Notes under the pieces: generated by a model | Databases searched by the model: none | What the model was told of the DNA's origin: nothing | The model's input: only the letters and a program-made list of their open reading frames with translations | IMG/VR virus record: IMGVR_UViG_3300021387_000103 | Location: 1 to 43,978 of that record | Direction: 5' to 3' (one strand) | Length of the DNA stretch: 43,978 nucleotides | Origin: a virus | Position numbers and translations under genes: made by a program | Shown: in pieces, positions 29,604 to 39,503 of the stretch | Numbering within the stretch: position 1 is the stretch's first letter | How the letters are laid out: each line of letters opens with the position of its first letter

Positions 29604-32100
29604 AAAGTAATTCAGTTTCGGCGTTTCTACTTGACAAATTTATGGACAATTTCGCAATTCTACCATTTCCCAAATTTGTTTTTACAAGTTGTTGCAAATT
29701 CGGGTCATTAAGGGCCGGGAAATCTATTGATTGGCGTTTCAGTTTTTTCGTACCTATCGCAATAAACGATTCGTCATTAATCTTGTAATTCGGGGCCGGC
29801 ATATCATAACGGTAATACTTTTGCAAGAAAGCAAACGCCAAATATCCGTTTTGCAAAATGTGGGCTTGATCATTGTTCAAGTCCAAATAAGGAACCTTCT
29901 TTACTTCTTCTTCATGGCTTTCACCCTCTTGAACTTCCAGCACAAGACGAACTACGAAATCAATTCCACTTGTGTACATATTTAGTCCGGTTACATTTCC
30001 ACCAACAACAAATTCATAAGCCGATGCCCCTTCTCCGGCGAACGCCGAACCTACCGTCGCAACAGACGACCCACTTGCCGTCCGTGTATAAGCATATACG
30101 CCCGTACTTCCGCCGCCACTCGACAAAACTTGCATCGTTATTCGCATCGTCTTCGCTCTATATTCGGTAAGGGCTACCACATTTTCAAGTGTCTGTTCGC
30201 TAATCGCGATTTGTTCATTAACCACCTCAACCCAGCGTGTCGAACCGGATTGTTCCGTTGCATCTTCAACGGTCATTACGACAAAACCATCCTTTGAAAT
30301 GGCATTGGGATTTAACAAAATATAGTCAATGTCGGACGTAAATTGATTGACGGAAATTTGTTCAATCTTGTCTTGCTGAACATATCCGGAAATAATATCT
30401 ATCGGATAGCCGTCGAACAATTGGGTAACATCATCCATCCATCCGAATTGATAACGCCCGGCCATTTCCGGTTTATCGAATTTGTATTGATTCCGGGCAA
30501 ACGCCCATTCCTTGCTATTCCTTGCGACCTTTTGCGTAACAAGATCAATTCCGATACTTGGCGTTCCACTATATGACCCGCCATTCATAAAGTACATTAT
30601 ATGTTCAATTCTTAACGCATTTGTTGCCGTGTCTATCCACCAATAGCAACGGAAACAATCGCGCAACATATTCAGAACTTGCCGCAATGTAATTGGCGCG
30701 CGTTGTGCCGGCTGGTCATAATTGACGCTTATAACATTCGACTTTGGCGTAACTACCAAAGTTTGCGCCTTGCCTGTTACAAAGTTCGTCCCGTAAAGAA
30801 ATTGTGAATAATTGGTATTGCCCGAATGGGTGACATCCGGGGCAATTTGTCCCAACAAAACCGAAATAACCGAATAAATCGGGTATGTATCACGTATCGT
30901 TACGGATGCCCGGGCGGCCTGTTCAACGGCCCAATCAGCGGCCGAAAACGCGAACCATATTGATACGCGGCCCCATGCACTACGTGCCACCGGGAAAAAT
31001 TCGCCAACCAAATATCCGCCGGCCGGTTCTTGGTAATATTGGCCGGGCTGGAAAATTCCCCATTGGGTCGGACTTGTCGATAACCTCGATGAAAAGAAAA
31101 TCGTATCAGTAAAATTGTAACCAATCACCCGATGATAATTGCGATTATTGGCGGCCAAATCATCACTTGGTATCGGATATGTTGACACGTTATTAATCGA
31201 ATCAACATCGCAAATATAACGTGCATAAACGGGAACATCATGGATGTATAATTGTACGTTGCCGCTTGCCCCTGTTCCGGAAACAGGCGTTAACGTCAAT
31301 GTCTTGTCACCAACGGACGGCCCTTGCCCTGTTATGACATATTGCCACATTGCCAACCCGGTTGATACATTGACAATTTGCCATGTCTGTTTCGCTTCGC
31401 CGCCCGTCGTACTATAACTATACACAAGCCTATGCGTTCCGTTCGTATAAGTATAGTCAGTACCTTCAACACTCGGGGCCGCGCCCATATAAACATCCGG
31501 GATAGTCGGCGTTCCTTGAATTTCAACCCTTGCGATTCTTTGCGTTCGGACGTTTGCAAAATGGTATCTTTCGACTAAATCTTGATGACTTGTTACCGCT
31601 TCCGCGTCCGTTTCCCAATACATTCCAGCCAAGAAACAACCAATGACCGTTTGGCCGGGGACATAAACTTGAATCATTGGCCGTTTATCGCATTTTACCG
31701 TCGTTATTTCCGGAGCCAAAGCGATCAAGTCAAATTCCTTGTCGATCCCGTCCAAAACCGCTTTATAAACATCGTCCACGGTCGGCGAAACCGTAACCGT
31801 CCGCGAATCTTCATCAAAGGTGCAATCGGTCTTATAAAAATAACCCTTCCAATAAGACACCCAGCGAGAACCGGCATTATATGAAATTTGAATTTCGACG
31901 CCGAATTTCGTGTCGAACGCCTTGTCAAGAATGAACGTATAATCGTCGCGTTCAAACGTCAATTCCCCGGATAACTTGGCCCGGAAAAATTCTTCGTTGC
32001 TTTCCTTTTCAAAGTCTTTGGAAAGTTTATCGCCATAAATAGGATAAGCGCGTTGCGTTGTGCCGTTCGCGCTTATATTGAATTTGTAAATCGGGTTCAT
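29590..32100 (-). CDS. large tail tip / distal tail protein (by position after the tape measure)
   Basis: 836 aa ORF. ATGA-type overlap with the tape measure stop. Confidence 0.6.
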   Translation of the reverse strand: MNPIYKFNISANGTTQRAYPIYGDKLSKDFEKESNEEFFRAKLSGELTFERDDYTFILDKAFDTKFGVEIQISYNAGSRWVSYWKGYFYKTDCTFDEDSRTVTVSPTVDDVYKAVLDGIDKEFDLIALAPEITTVKCDKRPMIQVYVPGQTVIGCFLAGMYWETDAEAVTSHQDLVERYHFANVRTQRIARVEIQGTPTIPDVYMGAAPSVEGTDYTYTNGTHRLVYSYSTTGGEAKQTWQIVNVSTGLAMWQYVITGQGPSVGDKTLTLTPVSGTGASGNVQLYIHDVPVYARYICDVDSINNVSTYPIPSDDLAANNRNYHRVIGYNFTDTIFFSSRLSTSPTQWGIFQPGQYYQEPAGGYLVGEFFPVARSAWGRVSIWFAFSAADWAVEQAARASVTIRDTYPIYSVISVLLGQIAPDVTHSGNTNYSQFLYGTNFVTGKAQTLVVTPKSNVISVNYDQPAQRAPITLRQVLNMLRDCFRCYWWIDTATNALRIEHIMYFMNGGSYSGTPSIGIDLVTQKVARNSKEWAFARNQYKFDKPEMAGRYQFGWMDDVTQLFDGYPIDIISGYVQQDKIEQISVNQFTSDIDYILLNPNAISKDGFVVMTVEDATEQSGSTRWVEVVNEQIAISEQTLENVVALTEYRAKTMRITMQVLSSGGGSTGVYAYTRTASGSSVATVGSAFAGEGASAYEFVVGGNVTGLNMYTSGIDFVVRLVLEVQEGESHEEEVKKVPYLDLNNDQAHILQNGYLAFAFLQKYYRYDMPAPNYKINDESFIAIGTKKLKRQSIDFPALNDPNLQQLVKTNLGNGRIAKLSINLSSRNAETELLYDTE

Positions 32101-35100
32101 GACTTGATTTTGCGAGTTAGGTTCTTATACCGGATAATAATGTTTCCTTTCTGATCAACCATTTGGGATTGGTCGCCCTGTTTGCGTATGGCGGCAACAT
32201 CGCGTTCAAGGCCCGAAACATCCGTTGTGCTTCCATTCATGATGGAAACGGCATAACCGGCCATTGCCGCGTTGGCGCGCTGGTAGCGATCCGCAAATGT
32301 GCCATCATTGAACGAATTGATTACGTCCGGAATAACATCACGATACCGACGTGAATTCTTCTTGTTAATAATAGCGAAATATTCGCCACCTTCCGCACGT
32401 CGGCGCGTTCCATCCTTCTTGGTTCCAAGGTCAATATCGTTGCCGCTTGCATGGCTTCCGCCTTCCAGCAATTCGACCGTACCATGACCATATTGTTCGG
32501 TTTTGGAAACTTGATAAGCCTTGATTTTTGCGGCCGCAAACGATCCCCACATTGTAGCAATCGCCGCGATCGCCGCGGCCATACCCAACAATCCGCCACC
32601 CGAAAACGCCTTCCAAATATTTGCGGTTGCCGTGATAAGACTTGACGCTTGCGTTGCTGAATCCAACAACATTTGTGCGCGTTGGGCGCGTTGCTGATCC
32701 TGTAACGCCTTTTGGCGATTCGCTTGTGCCAACGCCAATTCCTTTTGGGCCGTTTCGACCTCATTGGCATACCCGGCGTTGCGGGCTTCGATTTCGGCGT
32801 CCAAAACTTTTTGGGCGGCGTCAACTTGCTTATCAGCGGCCGCAACGGCGGCATCAGCGGCGGCGGCCCATGAATCGGCAACGTCCGACAATGCATCCTT
32901 TACAGAATCCAATGCCGTATTCAATGCGCTTTGCTGATCGGAATTCACGTCCAGCCCCAACAATTCATAAATGTTGCCATAACCAAGACTTTGCGTTTCT
33001 TTCTCGATTCCGGCAATAGTCGCTTTTACGGCCGCGATTTCATCGGCGGTCATTTTGTTCGTTGCCGTTTCATTCAATTTCAAAATGGCTTCCAAACGGA
33101 CTTTTTCCTGTTGCAAACGGAACAACGTTTTTTGGCGTTCGTTCTTGTCTTGCAAGGCAAATTCGGCACGGGCCAAATCTTGCGCGGCCGCCAAATCACG
33201 TTGCGCCAATTTATTGTTGAAATCGGCGGATTCCTTCAAACGCAAGGCATCATATTTGGCGTTGATTTTCGTTTCGTCTTGCCTTACTTTTTCATCCTTT
33301 AGCCTGTTTTGCTGAATTTCAATTTCGCGTTGTTTTTCGATATTTTGCAAGCGCAATTCCAACATTCTTTCCGTGCCATCTTCTGTTATGGAAATTTCCA
33401 ATTGGATTGCTTGTTGTTCCGCTTGCAAACGCTGGACGTTCAATTTGGCCACTTCATCGTTGAAAGCCTTTTGAACATTTAGTCTTTCACGGTCATATTT
33501 GGCGTTAATCTTCGCTTCATCTTGCCGTTCGGATGCAACCTTTTGGCGATTCTGTTCAAGTTCCAATTGGCGTTCCGCTTCGACCTTATCCAAACGCAAT
33601 TGCAACATCCGTTCGGTTCCGGCTTCGCTTGCCGCGATTTCCAAATTGATAGATTCAACAACGGCCCGGCGATCCGCAATCCGTTGTTTCTTTTCCGCCG
33701 CAATGCGCTTTTTGGCTTCCTTGGACAATTCTTCGGCCTTTTTCTTGGCTTCATCAGCGGCGGCCGCCGCTTGCCTTGCTTCTTCATCACGGTCGGATGA
33801 AATTTGCGACAAAACAATGTTCGCGGCTTGCCGGATTGCCTTCAAATTATCTTCCGTTATCTTTACGGCCGTTTGTCTATTCCCTAACCCCAACCATTTA
33901 TTAATCGGGGAATCAACCGTGGCGGCCTTTGATGCCTTATCGGCCGATGATTCAAATTGGCCGACCATTGCATTAATGTATGTTTCGGCCGCATCCGCGC
34001 CCGCCGATTGGTAGTATTTGGTAAAACCATCAACCCATTTTTGGGCGGCATCGGACACATAAGTTTGACGCGGGAACAACAATTCTTGAATCTTCCCGAT
34101 CAATTCGGTTAACCGATCAATGGTGACTTTAATAGTTCCATTGGATTCGGAAAATGCAAGCGTCAAACCTTCCCATGCTGATTTCAGCAACTTTGTTGAA
34201 CCTTCGACCGTGTTCAAACGTTCTTCCGAAATGCGTTCCAATTCGCCGGAAACATCATTCAACGACGCGCGCAATTCTTGCGCTGATTCAGCACCGGAAA
34301 GGAACGCGGAAAATGCCGCAACGCTTCGTTTATCGGTCAAGTCAAGGGCTTCCGCAAGGTCGATACCGGATTTGCGTAAATTGATCATTGCGGCCATGAT
34401 TTCGTCAAAGGACTTGACGGAACCACCCAATCGTTTGGCCAATTTGCCGTTGGCATCGGCCAAATTCAAAATGATATTTCGCGTTGCCGTTGCCGCGCTG
34501 GACGCATCAAAACCGGCATTTGCCAACGCGCCCAACAATGCGGTCGTATCTTTAACCGATAGCCCAAACGCATTTGCGACCGGGAACACGGTTCCGATGG
34601 ATTCTTGAATACGCGAAAATGACAATGCGGAATTGTTCGTCGCAACCGCCAATGTCGCTAACACTTCGTCCGTGTCGCGGCTGGTTAAATTGAATGCGCG
34701 CAATGTTGATCCGGCAACACTTGCCGCATCGGCAAGATTTGCCCCAACGGCCGTTGCAAATTGCAATACGGACTTTTGCATTTGCATAATTGACCCTTGG
34801 CCAAAACCAAGTTTCGCCAATTCCGTTTGCAATTCGGTCACTTGGCTTGCCGTGTATTCAGTCGTTCGACCCAGCATCAAGGCCGAATCGGTCAAACCCT
34901 TCATCCCTTCACGCGTTGTTCCCAAGATTGTTGCCAAATTGGCGTTTGCCTGTTCGAATTCGCGCAACGTCTTTGCCGATCCTGTCAGATAGCGAACAAA
35001 CAACATGATCATTCCCACCGTTCCGGACAAAACGGTTGTGAATCCGCGTAATGCCTTTGCACCCAGCGGCAAATCGGAACCGGCAATCGCGCCAAGTTGG

Positions 35101-35708
35101 CCGCGCATGGTCGAAAAGCCCGAAACAACTTGACCAATCGGGCCGGGCAATGCGCGCAACGCGTTTTCGTAATGGCCAACCTCTAACGTGTATTTCCCGG
35201 TTGCCTTCTGCAATCGGGACATTTCTTCGTAAATCTTGCGGGTTTCCGTTTCAAGTTGTCGGCCGGCTTCCGTGGATCGCCTTTGTTCGGCCGTCATTTC
35301 GTTCAAACGAATTTTGTTCAAACGATATTGCGCCGACAATCGGTTGTATGACCCTTCGGCCGAGTTGTTCAACTGAACCAACAATTTGTCAATGCGTTGT
35401 TCTTCCTTAACCGCGTCAATGACTTGTTGGCGGCGGCGATACGTTTCACGTTCGGCAATGTTGGTTTTTTCGTATGCCTTGGCCAGCCTATCGGATTCGG
35501 TCGTCAACAACGTAATTTGTTGCCGTTGTTCATCTGTTGCGCCCGAAAGATTCTGAATGCTTCGGGCCGCTTCGACGGCCGCGCCTTGAATCTTTGTTTT
35601 GGCCGAATCATACTTTTGTATCAGTTCGTCAAGTTGCGCAATTAACTTGGTTACGGAATCATCCGGCGCGATTAAGTCACGATAATAAATTGGGTTCGGG
35701 TTATCCAT
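32097..35708 (-). CDS. tail tape measure protein
   Basis: 1203 aa, coiled-coil rich. Tandem ~83-aa internal duplication (..EAGTERMLQLRL.. / ..EDGTERMLELRL..). Hydrophobic stretch GGLLGMAAAIAAIATMWGSFAAA. Confidence 0.88.
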   Translation of the reverse strand: MDNPNPIYYRDLIAPDDSVTKLIAQLDELIQKYDSAKTKIQGAAVEAARSIQNLSGATDEQRQQITLLTTESDRLAKAYEKTNIAERETYRRRQQVIDAVKEEQRIDKLLVQLNNSAEGSYNRLSAQYRLNKIRLNEMTAEQRRSTEAGRQLETETRKIYEEMSRLQKATGKYTLEVGHYENALRALPGPIGQVVSGFSTMRGQLGAIAGSDLPLGAKALRGFTTVLSGTVGMIMLFVRYLTGSAKTLREFEQANANLATILGTTREGMKGLTDSALMLGRTTEYTASQVTELQTELAKLGFGQGSIMQMQKSVLQFATAVGANLADAASVAGSTLRAFNLTSRDTDEVLATLAVATNNSALSFSRIQESIGTVFPVANAFGLSVKDTTALLGALANAGFDASSAATATRNIILNLADANGKLAKRLGGSVKSFDEIMAAMINLRKSGIDLAEALDLTDKRSVAAFSAFLSGAESAQELRASLNDVSGELERISEERLNTVEGSTKLLKSAWEGLTLAFSESNGTIKVTIDRLTELIGKIQELLFPRQTYVSDAAQKWVDGFTKYYQSAGADAAETYINAMVGQFESSADKASKAATVDSPINKWLGLGNRQTAVKITEDNLKAIRQAANIVLSQISSDRDEEARQAAAAADEAKKKAEELSKEAKKRIAAEKKQRIADRRAVVESINLEIAASEAGTERMLQLRLDKVEAERQLELEQNRQKVASERQDEAKINAKYDRERLNVQKAFNDEVAKLNVQRLQAEQQAIQLEISITEDGTERMLELRLQNIEKQREIEIQQNRLKDEKVRQDETKINAKYDALRLKESADFNNKLAQRDLAAAQDLARAEFALQDKNERQKTLFRLQQEKVRLEAILKLNETATNKMTADEIAAVKATIAGIEKETQSLGYGNIYELLGLDVNSDQQSALNTALDSVKDALSDVADSWAAAADAAVAAADKQVDAAQKVLDAEIEARNAGYANEVETAQKELALAQANRQKALQDQQRAQRAQMLLDSATQASSLITATANIWKAFSGGGLLGMAAAIAAIATMWGSFAAAKIKAYQVSKTEQYGHGTVELLEGGSHASGNDIDLGTKKDGTRRRAEGGEYFAIINKKNSRRYRDVIPDVINSFNDGTFADRYQRANAAMAGYAVSIMNGSTTDVSGLERDVAAIRKQGDQSQMVDQKGNIIIRYKNLTRKIKS

Positions 35709-35781
35709 GTTGTTATTTTCTTAAAAAATCGCGTATAACGGCATTTTATTTCCAATCCGGTAAATTATACGTCCGTGGTCG

Positions 35782-36567
35782 TTATCGTCGCTTATCGGCC
35801 CGTTTTTGGGCCTTTTCGCGTTCCTTGGCCCTTTCTTGAACAAAGTCGAATGCATTATAAAATTCCATGACGGTATAATCTTTCGGTCGAACGTGTAATT
35901 GTTCGGATAAAATTAAACAAAGATTTTCGAATTGTCGGTCGAATTGAATTTCCACGCCATCCGATCCGGAAAAGGATTGCGGATTGGAATAAGTGATCAA
36001 TTCGGTTGTCAACTTATCAACGGCGGTTGTTGCGTCCGGATGATCGTTCCCGGCAATAATTCCGTTAAGTATTTCCAACGTGCGTTTCCGCAAAATGTCA
36101 TAGTATTCTTTGACGGTCGAATCATTGAAAATGCGTGGGAAATACAACAACAGTTCGTTATCTATTTTTTTTTTGACCGCATCCAATTGGGCGGTCAAAT
36201 CCTTTACCGGAACATCATTCAACAATTCCGTCAATTTTGTTATGGCATCATCTGAAATGTCGTTGCATTCCTTTCCATCTATTTTTGTAACCAAAACGGC
36301 GAATGCCCGATGTTTAGGGTTGATGCCGTTTTGGATCAGAAAAACACCTTGGCGCAAATTTTCCAATTCTTGTTGTGCCTTGTCATTTTTCCCGGCCATA
36401 AGAAACCGACGCGTCCTTTCGATGCGCTGGTCAAATGCCGCTATATCCGAACCGATGCCAGCATCAACCAACAACAACTTTTGGTATTTATGGAAACGAA
36501 CGATTGGCAATTCATCAATTGCATCGTACATTTCAACCGTATGTTGTCCCACTTTAACCGTTACCAT
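35782..36567 (-). CDS. putative tail assembly chaperone (position only); contains an A10 tract
   Basis: Track ORF trimmed to MVTVKVGQ (36567). Immediately upstream of the tape measure gene. Confidence 0.45.
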   Translation of the reverse strand: MVTVKVGQHTVEMYDAIDELPIVRFHKYQKLLLVDAGIGSDIAAFDQRIERTRRFLMAGKNDKAQQELENLRQGVFLIQNGINPKHRAFAVLVTKIDGKECNDISDDAITKLTELLNDVPVKDLTAQLDAVKKKIDNELLLYFPRIFNDSTVKEYYDILRKRTLEILNGIIAGNDHPDATTAVDKLTTELITYSNPQSFSGSDGVEIQFDRQFENLCLILSEQLHVRPKDYTVMEFYNAFDFVQERAKEREKAQKRADKRR

Positions 36568-36824
36568 AATTCGCGCGCTATAACCGTTGAACAGAAAGGA
36601 ACAAACAACATTGTATATTGGCCACCGATCGCCCACCCGATCAACGACACAATTACCGACATCCAAAAGGACACACAGAATTTGCAATTCAGCATTTTGC
36701 CAATTAATTCGGTTGGCGCATGAACTTGCGCCCATTCAAGCCAACCCCATTTAACGGCCAATGACATAACAAAGGAAACAACCAATGCGACGATTGCAAC
36801 GTCAGCGATAAAAATTAATGCCAT
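36561..36824 (-). CDS. small integral membrane protein (CxxCxxxW motif, DUF1360-like) within the structural module
   Basis: MALIFIADVAIVALVVSFVMSLAV ... LNCKFCVSFWMSVIVSLIGWAIGG. Confidence 0.5.
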   Translation of the reverse strand: MALIFIADVAIVALVVSFVMSLAVKWGWLEWAQVHAPTELIGKMLNCKFCVSFWMSVIVSLIGWAIGGQYTMLFVPFCSTVIARELW

Positions 36825-36840
36825 AATTTATTCAATAAAT

Positions 36841-37440
36841 TCAATCCCCGGAATAACACAATTCGTCATAAATCAGATTCCCGGAAATGCGAAATCCGGC
36901 GAATGGATGCATCAAAAATTGATTGTCAATTTCCGATAGCGAATAACCACGATAAATATTTTCGACACGATCGTAAATTTGCGACACGGTGATTCGGCCT
37001 TGATACAAACGCCAACCCATGCGACCATTAAGAAAGCGCAAAACTTGTGCTTTCAATACCTCAACATTGCGGTTTGATGCTTCATTGTAAACCCGGCGCA
37101 AGTCAAACCAAAAGATCAAGGAATAAGGCACGGTAACAGTACGCGCCCACGGCCCCGAATCAATCGTTTGCGGGTCGTCAATTTCGAAGAACGAAAAATT
37201 GCCAATCTTGGAATCCGGGAAAACCTCGATATAATCATTTTCGCCGTGGTTGTTCCAGCCGCCACAAAAGACATTCGGCGTAATAATTCGTTTGCCGTTC
37301 ATCATCTTCGTAAGGCGTTGCGACCTTCCAAATGCGGCATCCAGCCATGACAGATTATCGACCAATCCTTGTTGGATTTCGCCAATAACACGATCCAGCA
37401 TCACGGCGTTAGTAATTATGGGTGCGTTAATTGCTGACAT
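36841..37440 (-). CDS. virion structural protein (neck or tail, by position)
   Basis: 199 aa ORF in the head-tail block. Confidence 0.6.
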   Translation of the reverse strand: MSAINAPIITNAVMLDRVIGEIQQGLVDNLSWLDAAFGRSQRLTKMMNGKRIITPNVFCGGWNNHGENDYIEVFPDSKIGNFSFFEIDDPQTIDSGPWARTVTVPYSLIFWFDLRRVYNEASNRNVEVLKAQVLRFLNGRMGWRLYQGRITVSQIYDRVENIYRGYSLSEIDNQFLMHPFAGFRISGNLIYDELCYSGD

Positions 37441-38011
37441 ATATTCGTTGTTTTATTTCGGCAATCAATTCATTATATGCATTATGTTCGACAAATATAA
37501 CCATCCAATTTGCCATCATCAAACCGAATGTATTAATTCCATATTTCGCAACAATTCCGGCGGCATAAGGCGTCGTCGGAACAATGCCGACAGTATCGGC
37601 GTCAAAATGAACGCCCAATTCATCATGAAAACGGCCATTTATGTAAAGATTCGGCGCATCCGGGTTGCGGTTGGCTCGATATGGATAGTTGATGCCGCTT
37701 TCCTTCCAAGCCGCGTATCGACCCGCCGATTCGACGGAATGGAAATACCCGCCCGGCTTCAAATCTTCCGAATAAAACGGTCGTATATCTTCGCCGTTGG
37801 ACGCCTTGCCTTCGAACAATTGTTGGCGTTGCAAATCCAAGATTTCGTCGGGATGCTGGATAACTACATTGCGGATAATTTCGCCGGTCTGCAAACCGTC
37901 ATTAACCCGCTGGACGCGCATTCGCAAATCATTCAATATTCCCATTCCCTTGCTTTGGCCGTTTTTAGGCGATTTCCGGGCATTTCTCCAAAAAGACGGA
38001 TAATTTATCAT
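37427..38011 (-). CDS. virion structural protein (head-tail joining, by position)
   Basis: 194 aa ORF in the head-tail block. Confidence 0.6.
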   Translation of the reverse strand: MINYPSFWRNARKSPKNGQSKGMGILNDLRMRVQRVNDGLQTGEIIRNVVIQHPDEILDLQRQQLFEGKASNGEDIRPFYSEDLKPGGYFHSVESAGRYAAWKESGINYPYRANRNPDAPNLYINGRFHDELGVHFDADTVGIVPTTPYAAGIVAKYGINTFGLMMANWMVIFVEHNAYNELIAEIKQRIYVSN

Positions 38012-38064
38012 CTTGCGGAAAAACGCCCGTTATACGCCGTTTTTCTCAAAAATAACACTAATTG

Positions 38065-39384
38065 TTACATCGCGCGATATTTCACGCCGTGATTGTTACA
38101 TTGTAGGCAAATTCGATCTAATCCGCGCGTATCAAACGACAAAGCCCGATACGCTTGTTTCAGTTCATAGCCCAAACCGGACGCGCGGCCCGTGGGCGCG
38201 CCATCAAGTTCATACAACAATTCATCGCGGGTAACATTGACTTGATTACGATTGACGCGAACATCCGGATTCATTGCCAAGGTGCGCAACACGGTTGCGG
38301 CAACTTGCTTTTGAATGACAGTTGCAAATATCTGACGTTGCGAAATGATGAAATCGGTTAGGTCACAACCCACCGAAATTTCGACGTTCATTCCGTAATT
38401 CATCGTATTTGTGTAACCCACTTCGCCAATATCGAACATTTCCGGATAATCGGCAAAATCCAACGGGGCATGGATGCCGAACGGCGACACTTGCAAATAC
38501 TTGGTAATTTGTCGCCATGATTCGATCGAGCCGCCAAGACACGTTTGGCAAGGCTCAACCGACCAATCCTTTGACACGTTCAACGCGCGCATCCCGGCGG
38601 GCAATTCGTTTTGGTTGTAACAAAGGAACCACGCACCGCCGGCATCGTTACCGTTACCATCTGATCCGGGGATATACGGCAAATATATTGGTTCGGACGG
38701 TGTAAACCATTGAAATCCGCCATTCGTATTCGTGAATGACAAATCAATTGTTTTCATTGGGGCAACTTGCGACGAATGGAACAGATACAAACGCACCGTT
38801 CCCGTTCCGCCGACCATCTGCAAACCGATTCTTTCAATTTTCGTCGTCACACCCATTGAACGCACGGGGACAATTTCGAAACCGACAATCTTGCCGCGCG
38901 GTTCTATTGTGGCGGCCAACCGGGCGGCCCCGTCAAAGAATGTGCGACGTTCCAGCAAATTGCGCGTTTCTTGGCTCAATTGCTTTTCTTGGATGAATTG
39001 TTGAATGGTTGTGTTGATTCCGTCAATGGTCAGATTGCGAACGAAATCCGAAACCATGTTATATTCAGCCCAAGGGCCACCGGCAACATCGGGCGCGCCA
39101 TCGGACAATGTAACCGAATTCGTCGCAATGTATATTTTCGTTCCATAGCGGACTTTGGCCCCGGCCGCATATACGCCGGCCACCCATTCCGGGTATCTAA
39201 ACAAATAATCATCCGGCATAATTGCCCGGATGTTCGCCAACGTGCAAAGCGGGTGCGCGCCTTGGAAGGTCAATCCACTTTCGGATTGGGTCAAGGCTTC
39301 GTCTATCTGATTTTGCGGGTTGTAATCCTGTTGCCAACCGACAACCGGCAACAACGCGGTTTGAATGTCTTGCAATCGTACCAT
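38065..39384 (-). CDS. virion structural protein with CBM5/12-like insertion
   Basis: 439 aa directly after the capsid gene. PEWVAGVYAAGAKVRYGTKIYIATNSVTLSDGAPDVAGGPWAEY resembles the aromatic pattern of CBM5/12 modules. Confidence 0.6.
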   Translation of the reverse strand: MVRLQDIQTALLPVVGWQQDYNPQNQIDEALTQSESGLTFQGAHPLCTLANIRAIMPDDYLFRYPEWVAGVYAAGAKVRYGTKIYIATNSVTLSDGAPDVAGGPWAEYNMVSDFVRNLTIDGINTTIQQFIQEKQLSQETRNLLERRTFFDGAARLAATIEPRGKIVGFEIVPVRSMGVTTKIERIGLQMVGGTGTVRLYLFHSSQVAPMKTIDLSFTNTNGGFQWFTPSEPIYLPYIPGSDGNGNDAGGAWFLCYNQNELPAGMRALNVSKDWSVEPCQTCLGGSIESWRQITKYLQVSPFGIHAPLDFADYPEMFDIGEVGYTNTMNYGMNVEISVGCDLTDFIISQRQIFATVIQKQVAATVLRTLAMNPDVRVNRNQVNVTRDELLYELDGAPTGRASGLGYELKQAYRALSFDTRGLDRICLQCNNHGVKYRAM

Positions 39385-39440
39385 GTTTTTTCAATTTTCT
39401 TTACACGTTTTTGCGACGTGTCAAATTCTTTTACAAATAG

Positions 39441-39473
39441 AAAACGGGGACGGGGTTGTTGCGACCCGTCCCC
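39441..39473 (-). terminator. strong hairpin terminator after the major capsid gene
   Basis: Minus strand GGGGACGGG-tcgcaacaa-CCCCGTCCCC followed by GTTTT. Confidence 0.65.
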
Positions 39474-39503
39474 GCGAAATAATGGTTTCGAATGTGCCCG
39501 AAA

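Noticed and set aside
34788-34799. A 12-nt match GGCCAAGGGTCA inside the tape measure gene, identical to the loop region of the 941..959 leader hairpin
   Set aside because: It lies within a coding sequence with no flanking hairpin or spacer similarity. It is most likely a chance match, though it could be re-examined if the AAGGGTCA element proves functional.
35709-35781. AT-rich hairpin CGTATAA-25 nt-TTATACG followed by a T6 run between the chaperone and tape measure genes, and a similar GAAAAACG/CGTTTTTC hairpin at 38012..38064
   Set aside because: The stems are short and AU-rich with large loops, so predicted stability is too low to call terminators or regulatory elements from sequence alone.
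37250-38092. Long plus-strand ORFs (e.g. 37250..38092 at 280 aa, 40830..41675 at 281 aa, 12819..13466 at 215 aa, 2519..3085 at 188 aa, 39492..40019, 33499..34014)
   Set aside because: All lie antisense to well-supported, tightly packed minus-strand genes. They have low-complexity or odd composition (Arg/Phe/Ile/Cys-rich) and no promoter or terminator context. They look like shadow ORFs of the opposite strand.
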